From Euryarchaeota archaeon UBA124 (lineage in GTDB: Archaea > Thermoplasmatota > Poseidoniia > Poseidoniales > Poseidoniaceae): a DNA stretch of 53,792 nucleotides. Shown here piece by piece: positions 40,102 to 50,130 of this stretch. Where the stretch lies: contig DAPT01000102.1 in NCBI GenBank assembly GCA_002502215.1, positions 1 to 53,792 of the forward strand, written 5' to 3'. The notes under the pieces are model-generated. The model ran no database searches. It was not told the origin of the DNA and saw nothing but the letters and a program-made list of their open reading frames with translations. How positions within the stretch are numbered: position 1 is the stretch's first letter; each line of letters starts with the position of its first letter. Position numbers and translations under genes: made by a program.

Positions 40102-42093
40102 ATGGTGCTGACGAACTTACCGGGTATCGGCGAGCGATTGATGAAGCGATTGGATGACCATTTCGGCGGACGCCATGAACTGATTAAGACCCTTGAATCA
40201 GGTGACATCTCACGGATCGCCGAGGTCGATGGAATCTCAATCAAGCGTGCATTGTCTCTAGCGCGTGAATACAACGGGGCAGAAGCGACGTTCCTTGCAA
40301 CCCCAGAAGCTGAGAAAATGCACGGGCAACTCATTGCTTCCATGCAACGGTTTGCTTCGAATGGGGCGAGTTCTTCGCGAATGCAGATGTTGATGCCACT
40401 CCACCAAGTAGAGGCGCGTCGAGAACGTTGCAAGGAGATGCTCGCATTTGCCGAGGAGGTCCCAGAAGCATATGTTCATCTCCGTTCAATGTTCAAAGAT
40501 TTGAGTTACACTCGAAGACCAGCACAACGATATGAGCGAGTTATTGTTAGTCAACAAGAACACCCTGAATGGAGCCAATACGTCCGTATCCTTACCCCGA
40601 GTGCTCAAGAGTCATGGAAAGACTACACTGTCTTCAAAACCGTTACCTGGGTTGGTCGATATGGACCTGAAGATGTGCCTCCTGGATGGCTGGTATTACC
40701 GGAAAACGGACGTTCAGATGTCATGATTCCCGAATACACGCTTGACTGGTTCACGAATAATCGCAAGGCGCTCAAGGTCATCCTCGACCTCATGCAATGG
40801 AGGAACGAAGACGAGAAAGCCATTCACCCAACGCTGGAGAAAATCTTCCACGTGACTGAAGGTTTGGAACAACTCACGACCGTCTTTGCCATGATGAGCG
40901 ATTCCGGTGACGTCGAAACAATGGAAGCGATTCGTGATGGGTTATGGAATACTGCAAAGCAATTGGAAGACGATCTGAATCAGAGAATTTCTGCAGGTAT
41001 GGAATCTACATCCCTTGATTTGACGGGTTCTGACATGCTCGAAGCGCTCGCTGATGCTGCAACATTCCAACGAAAACTGGCATCAGCCACACAGGACGTT
41101 ATCGTGGATATTCTCGAACAGGGTCGAAGTGAACTGTCTGCATATCTTGAACCAAGTGGATTACAAACACCCTTTGACCTCTTCGCCTCGAATTGGCCGG
41201 TGAAACTTAACCGCTCTGTTTTGGATAAAATCAATGATGAGTTGGAACGTCGTATCAACGACAGTCGTAACGACCATCTCCTTCGATTGGCCACGAAATT
41301 AGCAGACCTCAAACCGCTCTGTGAAACAGCCATTCAACGGCTCATCGAGCATGATATGTGGTACAGCATTGCTTCTTGGGCACGTCACAACAATGCCACA
41401 CTTCCAGAATTGGTTCAACATGGCATTTGGTTTGATCAAGGACGGCATCTGTTCATCGAAGGTGAGGTTCAACCCGTCAACTATGGGTTGGGCCTTGCAG
41501 CACCAAAAGGCGATCGCCAATCCATCGCTTTGCTTACCGGAGCAAACAGTGGAGGAAAGACAACGTTGCTTGAGCTGGTTGCTCACATTGCAATTTTGGC
41601 ACACATGGGGCTCCCAGTGCCTGCAGAACACGCACTGATTGGTCGCGTTGAGGCCTTGCATGTGCTTGCGAAATCAAGCGGTACGCAGAGTGCAGGCGCC
41701 CTCGAGACAACCTTGGTTGATCTTGCGCAGGTCGTCAGCAACACACAACCCAAACTGATTCTTGCTGACGAACTAGAGGCGATTACTGAACCTGGCGCTG
41801 GTGCAAGAATCATTGCGGGGATGTTGCGAGCCGCCCAACAACAATCGGATACAAGCATGGTACTTGTTACCCATCTTGCACCTGCAATTCTTGAAGCCTA
41901 TGGCAGCGATAATTTGCGCATTGATGGTATCGAGGCCAAAGGATTGGATGAACATCTCGAACTAATTGTTGACCGTACACCTCAGCGGAATTGTCTGGCT
42001 CGGTCGACACCTGAGCTTATTGTTCGCAGATTGGTTGAACGATCATCCGGCGATGCAAAGGCTGTGTTTGGTGACATCTTGTCACTCTTTTAG
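40102..42093 (+). CDS. MutS-related ATPase (MutS domain V only; archaeal MutS2/MutS5-like) with N-terminal HhH motifs
   Basis: Walker A LLTGANSGGKTTLL, MutS-type Walker B/signature LILADELEAITEPGAGA...VLVTH, and N-terminal LPGIGERLMKRL / VDGISIKRAL helix-hairpin-helix motifs. No mismatch-recognition or Smr domain is evident. Confidence 0.8.
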   Translation: MVLTNLPGIGERLMKRLDDHFGGRHELIKTLESGDISRIAEVDGISIKRALSLAREYNGAEATFLATPEAEKMHGQLIASMQRFASNGASSSRMQMLMPLHQVEARRERCKEMLAFAEEVPEAYVHLRSMFKDLSYTRRPAQRYERVIVSQQEHPEWSQYVRILTPSAQESWKDYTVFKTVTWVGRYGPEDVPPGWLVLPENGRSDVMIPEYTLDWFTNNRKALKVILDLMQWRNEDEKAIHPTLEKIFHVTEGLEQLTTVFAMMSDSGDVETMEAIRDGLWNTAKQLEDDLNQRISAGMESTSLDLTGSDMLEALADAATFQRKLASATQDVIVDILEQGRSELSAYLEPSGLQTPFDLFASNWPVKLNRSVLDKINDELERRINDSRNDHLLRLATKLADLKPLCETAIQRLIEHDMWYSIASWARHNNATLPELVQHGIWFDQGRHLFIEGEVQPVNYGLGLAAPKGDRQSIALLTGANSGGKTTLLELVAHIAILAHMGLPVPAEHALIGRVEALHVLAKSSGTQSAGALETTLVDLAQVVSNTQPKLILADELEAITEPGAGARIIAGMLRAAQQQSDTSMVLVTHLAPAILEAYGSDNLRIDGIEAKGLDEHLELIVDRTPQRNCLARSTPELIVRRLVERSSGDAKAVFGDILSLF

Positions 42094-42094
42094 T

Positions 42095-43936
42095 TCAGCA
42101 CACCCGACCGCTGTCACTCGAGTAATTGAGCATTGGTGCTTGGAATAAATCATCACAGGTTCGCTCGATGAGTGGTAGCGTGAGTGTGCTTTGAGACCAA
42201 TCAATTGCCACTGCTCCAGAGGCTGCAGGTGATGGAACATAGTCCTCTCCCGTTTGTGTCACTGTCAAAATAATTCCTTCTCCAGCTTGGAGAACGACAT
42301 CCATCGGCATAAACTCCATCAAAGCCGTAACTGAAGAGAACGGTATCAAGACTTCTTGGCCAGATCGGCCCCCTGCATGGAATCGCAAATCCATCACTGC
42401 ATGGCCAAGGTGCATTCCGGTACCATCCGTCATTTCAATGAAAAGATGTCCACCGGACAGACCGGGTGTTGCATCTATGTGGAAGGTTGGCATTCCAATG
42501 ATTCGAGTCTCATCTTCGAATGGACCGTAACTGAGTGTTACTGAACTGGTCGCTGAAACCGTGGAACCAGTTGGAGCGAGGTCGCTTCCGGTCAACTCAA
42601 GATTTTCGACGTCCATTGGCGGATAGGTTTGTTCAAAACGCCATCCTCCTCGATTGTCCTGCATTTCGACGCCGAGTGTAGGTGCTCGACCTTCTCCTTT
42701 GAGGTACCAATCAAACCAGTAAAGCATCTCATCGGCCCAGTCCCATCTGAGCGTGTAAGGATACGCCTCTGCACCTCGACCTGACCCTTGTGAGGAGTGC
42801 CCCTCGACACGGTCGGGATAATCATGTGCCCATTGTCCTGCGAGTGTTTTGATTTCGATGCCAGCGTCTTCGACTTGTTGATGAACAGGGAACGACATGT
42901 GAGGATCGACGTTCCAATCTTGCATGCCTTGAATCAAGTACACAGAACCGTTGTAGTTCTGAAGCACGCGATCGAGGAAGGAACGTTCCGTCCAGTACGT
43001 GTTTCCTGCATAATCGACCATGCCCCCACTAAGGTAAGCAGCAGGACCATTAGCGTATCCTTGTATGTAACCCTCGCAAAGGGTATGACTGTCTTCCGTA
43101 TCTCCATCGATTCCAAACGAACCGTAAACACCGTTGTGCATAATCATCCCACGGGCTTCCATACTTCCATTGCGCCACATCAATTCATGGACACCAATCA
43201 ATCCGGACATTGGGACGATGGTTGCAAGATGAGGATTTCCGAACGTTGCTGCCTGCCAGGGCGTTGACCCATCATATGATTTGCCGATGATACCAACGTT
43301 CCCGTTCGACCATGACTGCGTTCCAAGCCAAGTAACTGCAGCGTCAATACCGCGCTGTTCGTCAGTTCCCATGAGATCCATGCAGTGATTTGACTCACCT
43401 GTTCCAAATACGGAAACTTGGGCTACACCGAAACCGTGCGGGACGTAGTTTTCAATCAGCATTCGGCCCAGCCGATTGGCAGGCGTCAATGCATCAACGT
43501 CTCCATCGTTGTAGTAGGGCCCAATTTCTGCAATGACGGGAACCAAGCACTCCTCACTCAAATTCTCTGTAGAAGAATAATCGCATCCTTCAATCACAGG
43601 TAGCCAAAGGCCGAGGTGAACCACTGCTCCTCCGGCAGCTCCAGCACCTCCATCGGCGATGGTTATGCTGGGAACATCGACGAAAACGGATTGAACAGGT
43701 CCAATGTCGAACGTCCCGTTCATAGTAACCCGTGCAAAGACGTCTGTGTCATCGTAAACCAGGCTCGAACGATCCCAAGGTTCGGGGTAACTCTCGTTGC
43801 TGGGAACATCTCCCATGTTTTGGAGATCTTCTCCGAAGCATCCCGACAGGAGGGACGGGAGAAGAAAAATCATCAGCAACGATATGCTTCGCATTGATAC
43901 CACCGTCACAAAACCGACATATGACGCTTTTCGCAT
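42095..43936 (-). CDS. CocE/NonD family (peptidase S15-like, Xaa-Pro dipeptidyl-peptidase-type) hydrolase, lipoprotein
   Basis: Nucleophile elbow IGKSYDGS (GxSYxG), a large C-terminal beta-sandwich region and the lipobox LLSGC. Its start ATG 43936 shares one nt with the trx stop (TAATG). Confidence 0.8.
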   Translation of the reverse strand: MRKASYVGFVTVVSMRSISLLMIFLLPSLLSGCFGEDLQNMGDVPSNESYPEPWDRSSLVYDDTDVFARVTMNGTFDIGPVQSVFVDVPSITIADGGAGAAGGAVVHLGLWLPVIEGCDYSSTENLSEECLVPVIAEIGPYYNDGDVDALTPANRLGRMLIENYVPHGFGVAQVSVFGTGESNHCMDLMGTDEQRGIDAAVTWLGTQSWSNGNVGIIGKSYDGSTPWQAATFGNPHLATIVPMSGLIGVHELMWRNGSMEARGMIMHNGVYGSFGIDGDTEDSHTLCEGYIQGYANGPAAYLSGGMVDYAGNTYWTERSFLDRVLQNYNGSVYLIQGMQDWNVDPHMSFPVHQQVEDAGIEIKTLAGQWAHDYPDRVEGHSSQGSGRGAEAYPYTLRWDWADEMLYWFDWYLKGEGRAPTLGVEMQDNRGGWRFEQTYPPMDVENLELTGSDLAPTGSTVSATSSVTLSYGPFEDETRIIGMPTFHIDATPGLSGGHLFIEMTDGTGMHLGHAVMDLRFHAGGRSGQEVLIPFSSVTALMEFMPMDVVLQAGEGIILTVTQTGEDYVPSPAASGAVAIDWSQSTLTLPLIERTCDDLFQAPMLNYSSDSGRVC

Positions 43937-44310
43937 TATGCTAATTCTTCTGAATCTCTCTCATCAAGTTCTGCTCGCACTTCGTCCATGTCCAGTTCCT
44001 GAAGTTTTCCGATCAAATCCCTTAATGCGTCTTCAGGGAGTGCTCCTGGTTGCATAAAGACACCAATGCCTTCCTTGAATGCGATGGTTGTTGGTATGGA
44101 GCGAATTCCAAAAGAGCCAGCGAGTGCTTGCTCGACTTCTGTGTCGACCTTCGCAAACACTACGTCTGGGAATTCTTCAGAGACGCGCTCAAACACAGGT
44201 GCGTAGGCTCTGCAGGGGCCACACCACTCAGCCCAGAAGTCGATGATAACCAGATTGTTTCCTTCGACTATTTCAGTGAAGGAAGAATTCTGCATTTCCA
44301 ATGTTGCCAT
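43936..44310 (-). CDS. trxA: Thioredoxin
   Basis: WAEWCGPCR active site; 124 aa with an acidic C-terminal extension. Confidence 0.95.
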   Translation of the reverse strand: MATLEMQNSSFTEIVEGNNLVIIDFWAEWCGPCRAYAPVFERVSEEFPDVVFAKVDTEVEQALAGSFGIRSIPTTIAFKEGIGVFMQPGALPEDALRDLIGKLQELDMDEVRAELDERDSEELA

Positions 44311-44330
44311 ATTTCGCCCTGAGGGTCAAA

Positions 44331-44338
44331 GTATATTT
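44331..44338 (-). promoter_or_regulatory. Possible TATA box for trxA (leaderless) in the divergent spacer
   Basis: Minus strand reads AAATATAC followed by 20 nt and then ATG 44310. It is the only AT-rich element in the 92-nt spacer. Confidence 0.35.
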
Positions 44339-44402
44339 GCTCATGCATTTTACCAAAGCCCTCAATCGACGGGTTGATGTGCTTAATGAGCAAGGCAGTG
44401 TT

Positions 44403-46931
44403 ATGGGCAGAGTGTCTTCAATCGTCACAGCGTTTCTTCTTCTCTGTGTTCTGATGGCACCTCTTGGGCACTCCCAAGAAACAACCGAAGACGAGGCATC
44501 AGCCCAATCCATCATCATCTCTGAAGTTCTTGCCTCGCCCAATGGAATGAAGAACAACGAAACCTGCTCGAATTGTTACAACGCTACTGATTGGAACGGA
44601 GATGGTGAATATGGGAAGTTCTCAGACCAATTTATCGAATTGCACAACCCAACATCAAATCCAATCAACATCTCAAACTGGGTCCTTGACGACATAGCAG
44701 ATGGCGGTAGTGCTCCTTGCCAGTTGGCCAGAAACACCATCATTCAGCCGGGAGAGTATGTTTCTGTCTTCATCAATGCTTCAAGGATTGAGTTGGATTA
44801 TTACGACGGAGACACGGTGAATCTGTACAATGATCAGGGTACACTAATCGATGCTTTGTCCTATCCAGATCAAGACTCATGGTACGGGAACTCCTACATT
44901 CCATTGGACAACGGAACCATATGGAAGGTTCGACCTCCAACACCAGGGTATGCACAAAACGAATCGTTCGATGTCGCTCAGAACATGATCGGTTGCTTTG
45001 GAATAAGCGATGGAGGATACGTCGACTCAATGCTCCTCAAAGGGCGTGTCGTTACAATGAACAGCATTTCTGATGTCATCAATGAAGGACATGTACTTGT
45101 TCGCGATGGAAAGATTGCGGCGGTATGGGGAGGCGATAACATTCCGCAGAATGTTGACCTGACTGGTGTTCCTGTAATCGAAACCAATGGAACCATCTAT
45201 CCGGGGTTGATCGATACGCACAACCACATGCACTACAACCACATTCCACTGTGGGACTTTGAGGTCCATACCTCTGTAACTTCTGAGGAGGGAGGTTATT
45301 CCAACCGAAACCAATGGAAGAACAATCCAAACTACAAGCGCGATATCTCATGGATGAAGACGTTCGTCCAAACAGCATCGATGTGGAACATGGCGGATCA
45401 ACAGATGAAGTATGCTGAAGTGATGGCCGTTGCAGGTGGCGTCACCTCGGTGCAAGGTTCGCCCACTAGCAACACAGACGCCTGGGACAGCATGCTGTCC
45501 AGAAACATTGAGTTGTACAATTTTGGTGGCGATGGAATTCATACAAAAGTTACAACACTTGAATCCGATTACACTGGCAACCATATCACGTCTGGCAACG
45601 CTAGCGGGAGCTTGAACGCTTGGTACTTGCATTTGTCCGAAGGTGTTGACGAAGTAAGCCGTGCGGAGTTTGATATTCTGGTCCAAAACAACCTGCTTGT
45701 TGGTGAATTGATCGTCATCCATGGGACTGCATTAACTTCTGTTGAGTTCGAGAAAATGGGACAAGCCGGAGCTGACCTTGCTTGGTCACCGCTCTCAAAT
45801 CTGCTTCTTTATGGAGATACGACCGATGTTGTCGCTGCAGACCAAGCGGGAGTACGAATTTCTCTGGCCCCTGATTGGGGACCCAGCGGCTCAAAGAATG
45901 TCCTTCATGAACTGAAGATTGCAGACATGTGGAATACCAACAATCTTGGGTCCTATTTCTCTGATTACGAACTTGCTGCAATGGTGACAAAGAATCCGGC
46001 TCTTGCAAGCAACTGGCATAATTTCGTTGGAACCATCAATGCAGGACTGTATGCAGACCTCGTTGTGCTGGATACTTTCCATCAAGATCCCTACAGAAAC
46101 CTCATCGAAGCCATCGATGCAGATGTTCGGCTTACCATCGTGAACGGGCAACCTGTGTTTGGTGATGTTGATCTCATGTCTGAACTCAAAGGAGATGATT
46201 GGGAGTTGATTGAGGGACCAGGCTTCAACAAAGCCGTCGATGTCACGGACCGTTCGATTCCGGAAGGCACGCAATCATGGGCTACCATTCTCCAAGACAT
46301 GGAAATGGCGATGGAACTCAATCCGGATGATATCGCATCCACATGGTCATCCAGCACAGACAGTTATTCATCCATGCAAGGCAACGTCCTCAACAACATT
46401 TTCACGACGGGCGATACTCGCCATTTTGGAGTCATTACGGGGTCAAATCATGCGAACACGCACATTAATTTGGCTCAACTTGAGAATTACTACGATATAC
46501 CAATGGAGAACGGGGATCGTACAGGTGTGAATGTTGTCCTTGAGCCTCAAGACAACACGGGAGGTTCAACAATCTCCGATCCGGTTGATACCACACCGGT
46601 GGATAACGATAGCGGCGACAGCAACGATGATGCAGATACCGGTGGCGATTCGGCCCGGGATTCTGAGTGTCCTCCAAACTGTATCCTTGGCGAGGATGTT
46701 GAAGACGCTTCAGCGGAAGAATCTTCCTTCTTTGGTGCAGAAGCTCTGCTTGCAATCATCGTTATTGCTTTACTCGTTGCAATTGGACTCATCACACGAA
46801 ACACTGAGGAAGATGAGGAAATGGATGCTGACCAGACCGTGATGATTGAAAAAGAATGGAACGATGAAAACAAGCAATTCATACCGGAATTACCGCCGCT
46901 CGCCCCTCCACCTTCAAACGAAGAGGAATGA
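44403..46931 (+). CDS. Secreted amidohydrolase-superfamily enzyme with N-terminal lamin-tail domain (LTD) and C-terminal TM anchor
   Basis: Signal peptide MGRVSSIVTAFLLLCVLMAPLG. LTD-like IIISEVLASPNG...DQFIELHNPTSNPINISNWVLDD. Metal-binding GLIDTHNHMHYN and later VIHGTAL / DWGPSGS. C-terminal TM LLAIIVIALLVAIGLI plus an acidic and Pro-rich tail. Confidence 0.8.
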   Translation: MGRVSSIVTAFLLLCVLMAPLGHSQETTEDEASAQSIIISEVLASPNGMKNNETCSNCYNATDWNGDGEYGKFSDQFIELHNPTSNPINISNWVLDDIADGGSAPCQLARNTIIQPGEYVSVFINASRIELDYYDGDTVNLYNDQGTLIDALSYPDQDSWYGNSYIPLDNGTIWKVRPPTPGYAQNESFDVAQNMIGCFGISDGGYVDSMLLKGRVVTMNSISDVINEGHVLVRDGKIAAVWGGDNIPQNVDLTGVPVIETNGTIYPGLIDTHNHMHYNHIPLWDFEVHTSVTSEEGGYSNRNQWKNNPNYKRDISWMKTFVQTASMWNMADQQMKYAEVMAVAGGVTSVQGSPTSNTDAWDSMLSRNIELYNFGGDGIHTKVTTLESDYTGNHITSGNASGSLNAWYLHLSEGVDEVSRAEFDILVQNNLLVGELIVIHGTALTSVEFEKMGQAGADLAWSPLSNLLLYGDTTDVVAADQAGVRISLAPDWGPSGSKNVLHELKIADMWNTNNLGSYFSDYELAAMVTKNPALASNWHNFVGTINAGLYADLVVLDTFHQDPYRNLIEAIDADVRLTIVNGQPVFGDVDLMSELKGDDWELIEGPGFNKAVDVTDRSIPEGTQSWATILQDMEMAMELNPDDIASTWSSSTDSYSSMQGNVLNNIFTTGDTRHFGVITGSNHANTHINLAQLENYYDIPMENGDRTGVNVVLEPQDNTGGSTISDPVDTTPVDNDSGDSNDDADTGGDSARDSECPPNCILGEDVEDASAEESSFFGAEALLAIIVIALLVAIGLITRNTEEDEEMDADQTVMIEKEWNDENKQFIPELPPLAPPPSNEEE

Positions 46932-48419
46932 TTACTCAAGTTCCCATTTCGGACCTTCCGCAGTATCGGTTACCACGACACCTAGTTCACTCAATTGGTC
47001 TCGAATAGCATCCGCTCGTGGCCAATCTTTGTTTGCCCTTGCATCGCTTCTCTCAACCAGCAGGGCTTCGACTTGGTCAGCGATTTCCGCTTTGCGTGGA
47101 TCTTCCTCTGGCTCGGCCAGGAGAAGATCCGGAGATGGTAAAATCCCGAGGATGTTTCCTGCAGTCTCCTCGAGCCATTCTTTTGCATAATTGCCAATCG
47201 CCCGTTTATCTCCGTCATCGGTACCAAGCGTCATTAGGTGTTGCAATTGCTTTGTCGCTGCGAGCACTTTTGCAACGGCATCTCGACTGTTAAAATCATC
47301 ATCCATGGCTTGAGCAAATCCTTCAACGAGTCGTTCGAGTAGGCCAAGACTCTTCGCCAAAGGATCGCTGCTTGCTATATCAGGTGTTGGCAAAGCATGT
47401 TGACGACCATCCATCGCCGATCGCAACGCAGATTCGTAAACTTGGAGAATACGGCTGTGGTTGCGTTGAGCATCCTTGAGCAATTGTTCATTCATATCGA
47501 TTGGAGAACGGTAATGTGCATTGACCAGGGCAAGCCGAAGAACAAACGGATCAACCTTCTGAACAATGTCACGAATCGTCCAAAAATTTCCGAGCGACTT
47601 GCTCATTTTTTCTCCGTCAATGTTGACGAAGCCGTTGTGCAACCAATAGCCTGCGAGTGGAGCATGCCCTGTGTGACATTCGCTTTGGAAAATCTCAGCT
47701 TCATGATGCGGGAATCGAAGATCATGTCCTCCTCCGTGGATATCGAATGATGCTCCAAAATGGTCGAGACTCATAGCTGTGCATTCAATGTGCCAACCAG
47801 GGCGGCCTTCTCCCCACGGAGAGGGCCATACTGGCTCACCGGGTTTGGCTTGCTTCCATAATGCGAAATCTTTGTGATCTCGCTTCCCACCACCTGTTTC
47901 ATTGACTCGGCCACCTGCACCTTGTCGGACTGCATCGATGGATTGGCCAGTCAATTGACCATACTTTTCTGGCGCTGAATCAACATGGAAATAAACACCA
48001 TCATCTGCAACATAGGCGTGTTCTTTTTGAACGAGGTCATCAATGATGTGAATCATTGAGTCGACGTACTCGGTGCAACGAGGGTAGTGATCTGCTCGAA
48101 GTATGTTTAATGCATCCATGTCCTCAAAATATGTCGCGATGTTTCGGTCGACGATGTCTCTCCAGTCCTCACCTGACTCGATCGAACGCAAAATAATTTT
48201 ATCGTCGATGTCAGTGAAATTTTGAACATAGTCGACATCGTAACCAGAGGCTTCAAGCCAACGATGGATCAAATCAAATGCAATGTAACAACGTGCATGA
48301 CCAAGATGACAATGGTCGTAAACAGTTACACCACAAACGTACATCGAGACCCGTCCTGGGGATTGAGTTGTAAAATCAACCTTTTCGCGACGGCGTGTGT
48401 CGTGCACTCGTAACGGCAT
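46932..48419 (-). CDS. cysS: Cysteinyl-tRNA synthetase
   Basis: [18 protein letters not shown] (HIGH) and [11 protein letters not shown] 48419 ([16 protein letters not shown]) fits family N-termini. Confidence 0.96.
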   Translation of the reverse strand: MPLRVHDTRRREKVDFTTQSPGRVSMYVCGVTVYDHCHLGHARCYIAFDLIHRWLEASGYDVDYVQNFTDIDDKIILRSIESGEDWRDIVDRNIATYFEDMDALNILRADHYPRCTEYVDSMIHIIDDLVQKEHAYVADDGVYFHVDSAPEKYGQLTGQSIDAVRQGAGGRVNETGGGKRDHKDFALWKQAKPGEPVWPSPWGEGRPGWHIECTAMSLDHFGASFDIHGGGHDLRFPHHEAEIFQSECHTGHAPLAGYWLHNGFVNIDGEKMSKSLGNFWTIRDIVQKVDPFVLRLALVNAHYRSPIDMNEQLLKDAQRNHSRILQVYESALRSAMDGRQHALPTPDIASSDPLAKSLGLLERLVEGFAQAMDDDFNSRDAVAKVLAATKQLQHLMTLGTDDGDKRAIGNYAKEWLEETAGNILGILPSPDLLLAEPEEDPRKAEIADQVEALLVERSDARANKDWPRADAIRDQLSELGVVVTDTAEGPKWELE

Positions 48420-48486
48420 GTGAACATATCTCCGAGCCACACCTCTCACTTGAAGATTGATACGTAATAGGTGCGAGGGGGATTCA

Positions 48487-49227
48487 ATGGCGAGGTTGGA
48501 CATCAAGAACCCGGAGGGAATTCGATTCTCTTCGTATGTTCTTCAAGATGCGCATCTCGTCAAGTTGGGGTGGATGGTACCGCTTTTCACGGTTTTAGGA
48601 GCAGTAAGTCTTCATTTGTTGCTCGGCAATCATCGTGACATACCGTTCTTCATCTCGGAATCAGATTACCCAGGAATTGAAGGATTTGTTTTCACAGCAG
48701 GTCTTTTTGTTTCATCCGTATTTCAATTCCTAATCGCCCTCCGGTTGTATTTTTTGTTCAAGGAGAAAGCACGACCGAGAGTTCTTCTTATCGGGACTAT
48801 ACTCGGTGTGGCAAGTTCAACCCATTTGTCCGTCCTTGCGTTTGCCGATATGTACCAGTACCTCTCAATTCACGTCTACACGTCAATCATCGTCTTTCAT
48901 GGTGGTTTTGCTTGGGCTTTTCTTGCTCATCTCTCACTCCCAAATCCCAATCCACTAGGGCGAAACCTTCGGTTGGTGTCTCTGACATTGGCACTTGTTT
49001 CACTCGCAGTTATGACAACGACACTCGCAAGAGGAATCGATGAACAAAGTACCAAACTTGGTCTTGCACCTGACAACATTCCGTTGGACCAACTTCAGCC
49101 TTGGATCGACGTTGCTGCGCCTGCTGAATTCATTCTTTTCTTCTCATTGCTTGGTTGTCTTGCCTCATTTTCATGGGATATTTTAGGACACGCCAACCAA
49201 TTCGAGGATCCTTCGATCGAGAGTTGA
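48487..49227 (+). CDS. Six-TM membrane protein, possibly Frag1/DRAM/Sfk1-like
   Basis: Six hydrophobic helices. After TM1 comes IPFFISESDYPGIEGFVFTAGLF, resembling the P-[YF]-IS-[DE] signature of that family. ATG 48487 is preceded by GAGGGGGAT. The track start 48457 is a TTG. Confidence 0.5.
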   Translation: MARLDIKNPEGIRFSSYVLQDAHLVKLGWMVPLFTVLGAVSLHLLLGNHRDIPFFISESDYPGIEGFVFTAGLFVSSVFQFLIALRLYFLFKEKARPRVLLIGTILGVASSTHLSVLAFADMYQYLSIHVYTSIIVFHGGFAWAFLAHLSLPNPNPLGRNLRLVSLTLALVSLAVMTTTLARGIDEQSTKLGLAPDNIPLDQLQPWIDVAAPAEFILFFSLLGCLASFSWDILGHANQFEDPSIES

Positions 49228-50112
49228 TAGCGCAACTGCATTTGGATCAGTTCCGTTCGTTCCATCGGATTTCCACACAGATACAACCATTTCTCGGTGA
49301 GATAAATGATGTCGAATCGTACCAAGAAATTCACAATTTGTTGTCTTCAAATCTGAAGCCATTTCTGGACCCCATAATCCAGCGAACAGCCCGGTATTGG
49401 GTCGCTGGTGGAGTTCTGGAAGTCCTTCTGAATCAATTCGAACAATGCAATTGTATTCGACAATTCTTTTCTTCGATTTTCTTGGAAGAGGAAGTTGATG
49501 CGCTCGCAAACGGCCTTTGCAAGAATTTGCGATAGGACAATCTTCGCAAGAGGGGTTTCTTGGTCTGCAAACAAGTGCCCCCAGTTCCATCATCGCTTGA
49601 TTCCAATCTCCTGGTGATTTTGAAACAAGATGAGTGTCTGCAAACGACTGAACCTGCTTCATCGACGGTTGTTCTTGGTTGGTTTGACGGGCCATCACTC
49701 GGCGTATGTTTCCATCGACACAAGCAACTGGTTGCATAAATGCGATTGAAGCGATTGCTGCTGCAGTGTAAGGGCCGATACCTGGAAGCTGAAGTAATCC
49801 CTCGTAGTCGTTCGGAAGAACGCCTCCATGCAATTCCATGACATCAAGTGCCAATGCGTGAAGTCGACGTGCTCGAGAGTAATATCCAGCCCCTTGCCAC
49901 AGTTGGAGGACTTCATCTACACTTGATTCTGCCATTGATTGAATCGTTGGGAATCGCTTCAATAATTTCGCATGATAGGCAATACCGCGTTCCATTTGGG
50001 TTTGTTGTAGAAGAATTTCAGAAAGAAGAATCGACCACGGTGAAGGCTCCAGTCGCCATGGTAGTGGGCGCTGAATACGCCGGTACCAAGAAAGCAGGGC
50101 TTCTTGATTCAT
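49183..50112 (-). CDS. mutY: A/G-specific adenine DNA glycosylase
   Basis: WYRRIQRPLPWR, LLSEILLQQTQ, GAGYYSRARRL, HhH LPGIGPYTAAAIASIAF and a canonical 4Fe-4S loop CRPRNPSCEDCPIANSC (C-x6-C-x2-C-x5-C). Confidence 0.93.
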   Translation of the reverse strand: MNQEALLSWYRRIQRPLPWRLEPSPWSILLSEILLQQTQMERGIAYHAKLLKRFPTIQSMAESSVDEVLQLWQGAGYYSRARRLHALALDVMELHGGVLPNDYEGLLQLPGIGPYTAAAIASIAFMQPVACVDGNIRRVMARQTNQEQPSMKQVQSFADTHLVSKSPGDWNQAMMELGALVCRPRNPSCEDCPIANSCKGRLRAHQLPLPRKSKKRIVEYNCIVRIDSEGLPELHQRPNTGLFAGLWGPEMASDLKTTNCEFLGTIRHHLSHREMVVSVWKSDGTNGTDPNAVALSTLDRRILELVGVS

Positions 50113-50130
50113 TCACATCATCTGCTGATT

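Noticed and set aside
29380-46931. PGF-CTERM / archaeosortase-type sorting signals on the large surface proteins
   Set aside because: No PGF (or similar) motif precedes the C-terminal TM helices. All of these proteins have long cytoplasmic tails after the helix, unlike archaeosortase substrates.
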